64,000 nt of DNA. Source: Chlorokybus atmophyticus (taxonomy: Eukaryota > Plantae > Mesostigma and Chlorokybus algae). The notes under the pieces are model-generated. The model searched no databases and was not told the origin of the DNA. It saw only the letters and a program-made list of their open reading frames with translations. Position numbers and translations under genes: made by a program. Where the stretch lies: NCBI GenBank assembly GCA_009103225.1, contig RHPI01001168.1, positions 593,053 to 657,052 on the forward strand, written 5' to 3'. This document shows, in pieces, positions 24,140-34,533 of this stretch. How positions within the stretch are numbered: position 1 is the first letter of the stretch; every line of letters begins with the position of its first letter.

Positions 24140-27100
24140 TCAGGCGTCGCTGCGATAGAGGGACCTCGCGCATGGGGACGCCCGCAGCGAGCCAGCGGGA
24201 GAGAAGCTCGGGACGCGGCACGCAGAGAGCGTGAGTGGCGCCGCACGCGTCTTTGGTGGCGCGGAGACAGAGGGAGAGGAGGAGGGCCTGAGAGCAACGA
24301 GTGTAACAGACACGATGTTGAGCAAGTTGCAAGGGAATGCGATGGCCTTCGTGTGAAGTGATGTGTACCGGACACCGTGCGTGTAACCTGATAGTGGGTG
24401 GGTGTGGATATGTGGATGCATGTGGGTGATAGTATGGGCTTTGCCTGTACCTGGGATACCAGCAGTCGGTCTATTGGAGGGGCCTGCGGTGTGCTTCTCG
24501 GTATCTGCAGACCCCACAGCTCCACCACGCCCTCGTACGCGTGTTGCTGGTTTGGGTCCTCGCCCCACGGGTCCTCATCCAGTTCCCACACGCATGTGCG
24601 CACGTACTGCGTCCCCTCTGTCGCCATCAAGCACCCAACTGAGAAACAAACAAGACGACGGTGTTGAGCATGCGCACGAGCAGATGCATACTCGTGTGCG
24701 TGTGCGCGCGCGCGTGAGTGGGTGTGGGCATGCTTGCGCATGCGCAAGGTTTTGGTTCTATGGTGCTGCGTAATGTATCCACACAACAGCAAATCATCCT
24801 CACAAGCAGCCATACATGGAATCCACCAAGACATACCGAGTGCATCCCCATGCGACGTGGCGCGTGCAACAATATACACCCCCTTGTCCCCAAATCCATC
24901 CCCAGCTGTTCCCAGGAGTGCCGCGACGGCTGGGTCGTCGCGCCCCACCGCGTTCAACGTCAATTGCACGCCGTCAGGAAGCCACAGCACCAGCGGGGAA
25001 GCCGTCTGAGAATTGATAAACACACGTGAGGGAGAGTGTGGGCGTGCGAGTGACGCGACGAGGGCGGGTATACACACCTCTTTAGGGGAGGTGAGAGGGC
25101 TTTGGGAAAGTGTCTCGGTAGCGAAGCCTTCTCCGTTGCGTGTGCACGACTGTGCTCTCGTGTTGTTGTTGTTGTTGTTGATGTTGTCTTCACGACCGCT
25201 CGTGCACGGGCTCTCGCACACCGTTACACACAAGGCCGGAGAGCTCACACAGACCGTTCTGCAGTCGATTGGCACTAGTGACTGCTTTGATGTTGGCTGC
25301 TCGGGTTTATGGCCATGTTGTGTCTTTCGCGTACACGAAGCATGAGGAGACACAACTTGCTGAGCCGGTGGAGGAGACAACGGACTGCGCACAGAGGAAG
25401 GGGACGAACAGGGAGAAGAACACAACGTTGTCCCGCCGCCGCGCGCGCGCCGCGCAGTATCATACTGCTCCCTACGCGCACGTGGACTCTTTACCCCTCT
25501 CTCTCTCTCATCGCATCGCTGCGTGTTCGCGCGTGTCGTCGACCGACTCAACAACTCGCAATACGACGGTCCCGCCTCCTCCGGCACGCGCATCACCTCT
25601 CCTTCAGGTGACGGCCTGTCCGTCCTGTTGGAGTAGACGGCGTTGCGTACGCGGCTGGCGTGCGACGCGTACTTGAGCGTGTTGTGAGTCTCGTCGAAGT
25701 CCAACTCGGAGGGACTCACGCAAGCGATCAGGACGGTGCGGGCGTTGCCGCCCAGACTGTCCTGCAAAGCCCTGGAAAAGGAGAGCTGTGGGTTCGAGAG
25801 AAAGAAGACACGGCGACGCTGCGTGTGCGCGCGCGTGCACGCGCATGTACATGTTTGGGTGTGTACTTGCAAGCATGCAAGCACGTTTGCATGTACATGC
25901 ACACTTGTATGTGTAGCAACCATATTGTAGGCACAAGCGTGTGCATGTGCGTGTGTGCGCATGCGCGTGTGGTCATGTGCATGTGTGTGCATATCTGCGC
26001 ACATGGGCATATCTGCATGTTTGCCTATTGCACACACCTGCACCTATATGTGGGTGGGTGCATCTTGCTCATTGCTCAACCCACCCACCTCGTGAGTTTG
26101 CTGCTTCGATACGGTATGTGCGCCGCCCTCTTCCTCTCCCCGTACTCGCTGCACTCCGCGAGCGCGTTGATCACGTTCCCCAACGCAAGCAGCCCCGCGT
26201 TGATATGCGAAGCCTCCCTCAACGCGTCGCCCGTCACGCCACTCCGCTTCACGCGTTCAGAACCCGCCAAGTCCACAAGCTGAAGTTTCGCAAAGGAGGT
26301 GTGGGTGTGTGTGACCAACACCTCGATGGTGAATATGGCGTGGGAGCGGCTGCTGCTGTCGTTCAGGCGCGTGGTGGCGGTCATGCGGGAGAGGGAGGAG
26401 CGAGCGAAGAAGGAGAGGAGGTCGTGTTGGGTGGAGACCACGTGACGGCGGAGACCGGATACGCCGCCGATGCCGCCTTCAAGGAATGTCAAAGATCTGA
26501 GAGGAGAGAGGATGGGCAGAAACGTCAGCATGATGAGCATGTTGGGGAGACGACACACGCACGGGTTGACAGACAGACACACCGAGACATACGTGCACGC
26601 ACACGCGCACAGAGACATGCATGCACCCGCACAAAAGGAAACAATGCATGCATGCACACGCGCACATGCGAGCATGTGCACACATACGCACACCAGGCCA
26701 CCTGCTGGGTGTGGAAGGGCACGCCAGATCATGCAGCTCCTCATTGTATATCTGCGCCGCGCTAGCGGTGAGCACGACCTCCGCGCACTCGCCGCTCTCC
26801 TTCTGTAACACATCACATCCGACACGTCACACTCATGCCCTCAACAACAACCCAACAACACCCACCCACTCAACATGTCGTCATCCTCACCCGCTCACTG
26901 GCGATGGTGCAAACGGCCCTCACTACCCGCTGCAACAGACCCTCGTCGCACACGCCATCGCGCGTGGGTCCACCCGCCATCGTGTGCGTCTTGCCCGAGC
27001 CCTGTTGGAGGGTTCGGGTGGGTGTGTCGGCACATGTTGTGCGTGTGCATGTGTGTGCGTGTGCATGTGTTTGCTTACTGTTTGGCCGTATGCTAGGATG

Positions 27101-27982
27101 GTTGCGTTGAACCCGTCAAATAGGCCGGCCACGAGTGGCGCGATGCACTCGTCGTATATGTGGCCCTAAACAACAGTGAACACTTGTGGGCTTTAACCTC
27201 TTAACTGCGTGGTTTGCGCTGTGCGAATGCTGAGTGTGTGTGTGTCCCTACTGTGGTGTGGTGGGGGCCGAAGCAAGATCCAAACGGGAAGGAGCGATGA
27301 GACACATGCAGCTGCAGATGAGCCTGCATAACACAACTTTCTGTACTACGTTGCAGTAGTCGGCACTCGTTTGACCCACCATAACAGACGATACTGCACA
27401 ACATGCTTCGTGCGTGCGTGCATGTGCAATGCTCCACCCACCCACCCACCCACCCACTCACCTCGTTGTCCACAGGTCGCAGCACCACCCCCTTCCGCGT
27501 CACCGCCACGCACTCCCTCGCCCCCGCCCCCTCCTCCCGCTCCGACATCGGCCGCACCCGGACGCACGTCCGGACGTCGCCGTCGGGATCCGCGCCCTGC
27601 TCGCGCCAAGACTTGGAAGGGGGGGAGGAGTGGCGGGCGGGAGCGGGTGATGAGGGGACGGACCTGATGGGGAATGGGGGAGGTGTCAAGTGCGTTGTTG
27701 ATTGCGAGAGAGTGTGCTGTAGTACTCCGATCCCATGCTTTGAGTATGCGCGCATGCGTGTGGGCATGCGAAAAAGCGTGCGTGCGTGCGTGCGTTGCGT
27801 TGCGTTGGTATGCTGTCAATTGAACAGCCAAGAAGTCAGTAGATTCACAATGACAGCTGTATCTGCTCTTTGAGACACGCTGCTTGCAAGTGCACGATCG
27901 CTTCACGCCAGACAGCATGTCACTGGCACGCACGATGTGGCTTGTTGAGCACCATAAAACCCAGCAGCAGTCGACTCACCAT
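24140..27982 (-). CDS. Kinesin with N-terminal kinesin-4-like motor and non-coiled-coil tail, multi-exon
   Basis: [98 protein letters not shown]. Start proposed at ATG|GTGAGT (27982); both ends are tentative. Confidence 0.88.
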
Positions 27983-28745
27983 GATACTTGAAATGCATTG
28001 CGAAGTGTATCTACCTTGCTGGCGGTGCTGATGAAGGTCGGGACTGTCCGCCAGCATAGTGCATGGGTACCCGACCCATATGTGGCCCCACCAACTCACC
28101 GCAACAGTCAACACAACGATACCATAATCAACACACTTTTCCGAGAGCTATACACGTCCCTTATGATTGTCCGTTGTGAATTACGCTTGAACCCTTGTGG
28201 TGTGATGTCGCACAAGATACCGCACAACAGCAGAACAGATCAATCGGGCACACACAAGACAAGAGAGAGCCAGCATCAGCTGCGACTAAGTGACTACAAA
28301 AGCCAATGCCTCTGTATGTGTGGGTTCAACAATGTGCATCGCAGAGAGAAGTGAAAAGGTGGGAACACACACATTGCGAGCTCTACTACTCTGCTTACAC
28401 ACAGACACCGCCGTGCCACAGGACTTGCGCGGCAGCAAATTTTTTAAATAATAATCCTGTCTGTGTCTTGTAGTCAAAGCTTGCGCCGACCGTCCGATGA
28501 CGCTGATTGCCGGCGCGGATGCGACCGACGTTCGACAGTGCGTCGTTGACTTAAGCTGTATCAGCGCTAAAAGGCGAATTGAAGGTGTCATCATGGGTCC
28601 CTGAACCGACGGCGTTGCCCCTCATGTTACGAGTCATCAATGAGTCATCATCAGGTTACGCGGGTCGTCTGCCGTTGGAGGGCGGATGGGATGCACGCTA
28701 TGAACAGAAAGCGGCAAAAGTGAGTTTGCGGGGAAGCTCCTGTGT

Positions 28746-28817
28746 TATCGGAGCTTGGTTTCGATCCAAGGACCTGTGGGTTATGGGCCCACCACGCTTC
28801 CACTGCGCCACTCCGAT
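28746..28817 (-). tRNA. Initiator tRNA-Met (CAT)
   Basis: ATCGGAGTGGCGCAGTGGAAGCGTGGTGGGCCCATAACCCACAGGTCCTTGGATCGAAACCAAGCTCCGATA: 72 nt, A1-U72 pair and GATCGAAA T-loop typical of eukaryotic initiator tRNA. Confidence 0.96.
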
Positions 28818-29247
28818 GCGCATAGCACAACATGCATAATTGCTTATTTTTGGCTGTTTATCAAAGGACGCAGAAAATCATGTCGCATAGCTCCATTGCC
28901 TGACGTCCTTGTTGCCTTGTTGGGCTACTTGTGCTGAGTCACCCCAAGTTGGTGCTTGAAGTCGTATCAATGTCATGCAACATGCCTTCAAGGCTGTCTC
29001 CCACAGCGATTAACCACAAACGCATGCACCGCCGCCCACTGACGTCACGCCAGCCTCTTATGCATGCAACACCATGCCCGCAGCTATCAACACCAGCATG
29101 CAACTTTAAAAACAAATACCCCGGTTCTCCGTCGGATCTACCTCACACGTACTGTATTACAAGTTACATATAATACTCTGCACAAAATCCCAGCGCCAGC
29201 GCCAAGTGCAGTAGCGCAGCCCAACCCGCATGTTGTTGGTATGTCCG

Positions 29248-31588
29248 TCATGAAAAGACGCCAAATCCAACTATTAGGCCAAAGGAGATGGGAAGCATCG
29301 ACGAGCTCACAGCTTTGCTCAGCACGTCGCTTGGGAACCCTGTGTTGTCAACAATAGGGTGAGACAATAGTGCATGCTGTGTTGAGTGACGCAACAACGC
29401 AAAGCATACACACGCACACGTATGCAAAGACGCTGCGCACGCACGCACGCACGCACGCACAGACGAAGACAAGTACTACTGTCGCCAGTACCTCACTTGC
29501 AAATATCGACCACGGCGATGCAACACATGTACGCACGCACACGCACACAACAGCCCACCCCCACCCCTACCTTTCTGATAGATCTCCACCGCGCTCGCAT
29601 ACAGCGGCACGAGCGCTCCCGCCATGCACGCCGAGAACGCGATCGTTGCCGGTCCGTACGCCGCCACCATCACGGTCACGATCCCCAGCATGACCACCGC
29701 GGCGAGTAACCCTCCCCTTTGACCGAACAACACGGGCAGAGTCTTGACGCCCGACAAGCGGTCGCCCTCGATGTCGTTCAGGTCCATCAGCACCTCGCGG
29801 AACATGATGGTGAGGAAGGTGAAGGAGGAGGGGAGGACCAGCTTGGAGAGGGAGGAGGGGCCACCTGAGGGGGGAGTTGGGGTCAGTGTGGGGTATTGGG
29901 TGTGGGGTCTTAGAGGTGTTGGGGGAAGCGGAAGGGGAGTCTGATGTGGGCGCGTGGTGCGATGGGTTACTGTTGTGTCCTAGTGCGAGTATGGAAGTTC
30001 GAGGGAAAGCATGTCGGGAGGAAAACAATAGTGGTGATGATGATAACGGTGTTACCAATAACGACAGCAGTCATGAAAACGAAAATGATAATCATAATAG
30101 TTAAAATCAGGTAAACAGTTTAACCCTTGAGAGTGTGAGTGTTTGTACCTGCAACGAGTCCTCCTGCGAGTATGGCGCACGCGACCGTTGTTGCCACGGC
30201 TGCATTCTTGAGTAGCGGTATCCGTTTCAGTAGCGGCGTGTACACGTACGTGACCATGGCTGCTGTGGACACGAGTAGTCGCGCCGCGCGTAGGTCGAGC
30301 CACGAGGTCGCGAAGAGCGTGACGGCGAACGCCGTGGCGGAGGTGAGTAACGCACCCTCCGCGCCAACGGTACCGCGGACAAGAGGCTTGCCGGGAGCGT
30401 TCACGCCGTCCGCGCCGGAACGGTAGTCGAAGTAGTCGTTGAGGATGTTGGCGGCGCAGGTGATCATCGCGGAGAGACCGGCGACGACCCACACGGAGGC
30501 GTTGCCGAAGACAGCCCTCAGGTTCCTGTGGATGGTGGTGGTGGTGGTGTTGGTCTACTGTGTGCAAGCGCGTGCATATACTTGCCTGCGCACACACGCA
30601 CGTGTGTACGTACATGGTGGACACACACGCGTGTATGCACGTCCACGTGCACGTGCATGTGGTATCTGACATGCGATTTGTCCTTGTAAGCACTGCACTA
30701 GTCCCTTGCGCAGCTTCATTGGTCCATTACCCACAATAGCAAGCTACCTTGCATTGAGTGCTGCTTGTGTTGTTATGAGACCACTTGACAATGCTGACTG
30801 TGCGCAAGTCACGCTCGCACCAAGTCCTCCAATGTGGATGACTGTGCCAACCAAGCTGTTCCACAACAAAAATGGTGTCGTGCAGCAGCGCACCTGCTTG
30901 AAAGCCAGGCGCCGAGGAAGACGAGTGTGGCCGATGGGGCGTAGTTGACCAAGCGAGCCATGGCGATATAACCTTTCAGCTGCTCCCCTGCATCTGCCGC
31001 CACTGTCGCTGCCGTTGTCGCGCTCGTGATGCTCTCACTAGACCCACCACCCACGCCGCCACCGCCGCTACTGCTGGCTGCGGCTGTGCATACCGTCATT
31101 GCACGCCTACTGCAGATTACGAACACTTGGTATGCGTATGTGTACGTGTATGTACGTAGATGTATGTTCGTGAACACGCAGTCTTGTGTTGCTGTGTGAC
31201 TGTTGTGTGTACACAGCCAGCACCAGCTTGACGACAACCAGCTGTTCACGCAAGTAGAATACAATACTTATCCTGTTGTGCACTGCTGTGGGAACTGCAA
31301 AGGTTGCAGATGGCACCAAGTTCTTGTGTAGAGTCACAGTTGACAGCATCATACACAGGCGGGGGGATAAAGTGACCAAGGCACCTACCTGTGTGAAGGT
31401 AGACCCGAGTCTTGTTCTCTAAGTTTAGGCGCTTTGCACCTTCTCCCAGCGAAGCTCCATCTCAGAGTGGGCGGCGGCGGCAGACAAGAGCAACGCCGCC
31501 GCCGACCAGGAGAGGCACGAGGACAACTCCGCAACAGCAGCGGCGGCGTTGCTATCGCCGCCGCTGGCGTCAACGCCACAGCTACCAT
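29248..31588 (-). CDS. UbiA-superfamily prenyltransferase, DGGGP-synthase-like, with probable plastid transit peptide
   Basis: YIAMARLVNYAP, NILNDYFDYRSGADGVNAPGKPLVRG, YTPLLKRIPLLKN, FREVLMDLNDIEGDRLSGVKTLP; multiple hydrophobic segments. Confidence 0.82.
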
Positions 31589-32627
31589 GGCAGAAAACTC
31601 AGACAAAGGCTACTTCCGCCTCTCCTCCGCCGCCGCCGCTGCGCGCGGATTGGTGTCGATGCCCCGGTCGCTGGCGGTGTCGTTGCGGTTGTGGGTGGGA
31701 ACACACACATCACACTGCTCAGTTGTGCGCACCCGCCACACGTCGCGAATCCACGTCAGCCGCGCCTCTCAAACATTAAGACGACGCTCCGTGCCAGATG
31801 CATGCAGGCTTATGGCGCCGTGTAAGATAGCAGCACAGTATCTGATTATCTGTAGGCCAGATGCATTCCAATAGCAAGCATCAGCACCAAGCACCAGCAC
31901 AGCAATGACTCTTATAGCAAGGGCATTGCAAGACTATATCTATGTGCACCGCCTTATTAAGTGCGTGCAAGTGGGGTTTGGGAGGGGGGAGGGACAACCA
32001 ACTAATTAACATGCGGAAAGCAGCGCCAGACGGTACAGTATGTCATTCGTCTAGCCCACGACACTAGAATAGGCCTACTCCGCCATAAGGTTTTACTGAT
32101 TGTGAAAGTTGATCTCAAGTAGTACTTATCCTAAAAGTGCTATTATAAGGGTATTTACTCAACATATTTCAAACAGCGTAATTAACATTTGCTCACGTAT
32201 AATTACGCAACTCTTGTCACATGCATAATTTAAATTGTTTACACACTGAACTTTGATGATGCTAAATGCTTCATAAAGTTATTTGTATACATCGCTCCTT
32301 TCATGGGTCTCACACTATGCCACATGCAAGCACACATGACAATCCACTGCAGTCCCTAAAGCACAACCCGCCCACGCAGAGCTGAATTCATCAGCATGAT
32401 TGTTGTTACAATGCATACAAGTACATCATAAGATGTGTGATGCAAGTGAGTAAAGTTGCAAAGCTTATAACTACATATAATATAATGTCGTCGTCCATGT
32501 TGCCGTTGTGCATACCGCAGCCGCTCTGCACCAGGGCCTTACATATGCCTATGAGATGTCGATGTACTGCGTGCTAGCTGCTTACTTTTTGCCCCGAGGG
32601 CAAAGCCTGCTATTTCAGGGCCGAATC

Positions 32628-32830
32628 TTAGAGTCATAGGTCTTGCTGAGAGTGAGCTGCATATAAAGCTATGCCTTGGCCCTCATGCAATTCATGTCTG
32701 CTGCTTGCTTTGTTCGCGCACATTGTTAACATCTGATGGCAACAGCAAATTCTAGTAAGTAGAGCAAGATTTGCTTGCTCTACATATCTGCTTGAAATTG
32801 CTGTTAGCAACTCTACCATTGGTTGTGCAT
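32628..32830 (+). repeat. Degenerate dispersed repeat, copy 3 (host of the TRIM insertion)
   Basis: TAGAGTCATAGGTCTT, AAAGCTATGCCTTGGC and TTAGCAACTCTACCATTGGTT resemble copy 1. TCCCAATATGATC just after the TRIM (33358-33370) also occurs at 12204-12216. Confidence 0.6.
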
Positions 32831-32839
32831 GATTTATGG

Positions 32840-33344
32840 TGTAACGGGAAGGCACACTGAACAACCACAAATCGGCAATAGAAGCAGGAAGTCTTTTTTG
32901 GTCGAGTGGGCTGTGACGTTGGTCATCGAGGCTTGAGACCCGGGTTCGATTCCTGCCCCGCACACGACTTCCGCGGTCGTTGTTTCTCGATCCTGAAACA
33001 TCATCGTAAATGGTCACTTCATAAGCGTCATCATCGATGGGTTGCGACTTGCCTAACGGCAGTCGCGCCGACGTTCAGTCGGCAAGACGCGACCTGCCTG
33101 TCGGGATGCGACCTGTGGGGCCGGCAGCGGCGCGCAATGTGCGCGTCGACTAGTACGGGCCCAATTTGGCCGGTCTTTGGCAGTAGGGCCGGTGACCGAC
33201 CCTGGGAACAAACCCCTGGGAGTGGGCAGCTGCCAAGGACGTCAGCGTTCTTAAGTGGGGGGAATGTAACGGGAAGGTATATTAAATTAACCACAAATCG
33301 ACAATAAAAGCACCAAGTCTATTATGGTCAAGTGGGCTGTGACA
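32840..33344 (+). mobile_element. Terminal-repeat retrotransposon in miniature (TRIM), non-autonomous, 505 bp
   Basis: LTR1 32840-32918 (TGTAAC...GTGACG) and LTR2 33265-33344 (TGTAAC...GTGACA); 5-bp TSD TATGG at 32835-32839 and 33345-33349; PBS-like TGGTCATCG at 32920; PPT AAGTGGGGGGAA abutting LTR2. Confidence 0.88.
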
Positions 33345-33570
33345 TATGGGTTTGTTATCCCAATATGATCGCATCAATTACATATACTTAAATAATAATA
33401 TCATGCAACAATGTTTTCGTTGCCAATGTGCTCTAATGAACACCAACGCAGTTTCAAGCGCACGCATGATGTGTGTATGCTAAGCGCCATCACTTACAAC
33501 ATCACAACTTATCCACCGCAGTATGCTTGTAGCAAGTTACAAACGAGTGTACAAGATCCCCCGCCCCCCN

Positions 33571-33934
33571 NNNNNNNNNNNNNNNNNNNNNNNNNNNNNN
33601 NNNNNNNNNNNNNNNNNNNNNNNNNNNNNNNNNNNNNNNNNNNNNNNNNNNNNNNNNNNNNNNNNNNNNNNNNNNNNNNNNNNNNNNNNNNNNNNNNNNN
33701 NNNNNNNNNNNNNNNNNNNNNNNNNNNNNNNNNNNNNNNNNNNNNNNNNNNNNNNNNNNNNNNNNNNNNNNNNNNNNNNNNNNNNNNNNNNNNNNNNNNN
33801 NNNNNNNNNNNNNNNNNNNNNNNNNNNNNNNNNNNNNNNNNNNNNNNNNNNNNNNNNNNNNNNNNNNNNNNNNNNNNNNNNNNNNNNNNNNNNNNNNNNN
33901 NNNNNNNNNNNNNNNNNNNNNNNNNNNNNNNNNN
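33571..33934. other. Assembly gap, 364 N, flanked by C-runs
   Basis: Directly visible. Confidence 1.
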
Positions 33935-34533
33935 CCCCCCCCCCCCCCCACACACACACACATACCGCGGTAAACAATGATCATTCAATACACGCAAGGT
34001 AATGCCTATCAATGCTTACTCTGATCTGAACTTGCTGTTGTACGCGCCTGCATAATTTTCTCTTTCTTCTTTGGTATACACATGCAAAGACCATGCGTAA
34101 GCACATAACACACATTTTCATGCAAATATACACAGCTTACAAGACCAGTCTATGCGAGTACATCATGTTCTTTTCAGACGACATGGGTGCACCGGATGCA
34201 CCACGGATTTTGCAAGCGATGTACTTCGCAAGATCCCGTCCCATCAGAATTGTGGCCCGATCAATGGAGCACCTTTGAGAATGAGGGTTGCACAGGTGCA
34301 ACGCACTCCAAGAGATACGAGAAATGACCACAACCAAGCACCACCTCCATGTCACAATTGTAAAATTAGCAATATACATAATTGCACCGCCGCGCGCTTA
34401 CGGGTGTAGCACATGCTGATGTATACCAGGCTACAAAACTGTTGGAGCAATGCTATGATGCGCACTGACTCGCGGGTGAATGTAGTAGGTTGACACAAAA
34501 CAATGGATACTGTGAGGGACTAGGGACTCAGCC

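Noticed and set aside
24022-26043. 673-aa uninterrupted ORF, including a PH-like stretch (CGYIT...RRLVCF)
   Set aside because: It reads through stop-free CA-rich introns; the PH-like part falls between a strong GTATGT donor and a TTTCTCAG acceptor.
14200-31300. Numerous His/Thr/Ala/Arg- or Cys/Val-rich ORFs on both strands
   Set aside because: They are translations of (CA)/(GT)/(GC) intronic tracts or antisense shadows of real exons.
32990-33260. Hammerhead ribozyme in the TRIM internal region
   Set aside because: No CTGANGA plus GAAA core was found in correct topology on either strand.
33411-34012. ORFs spanning the N run
   Set aside because: Artefacts of the assembly gap.
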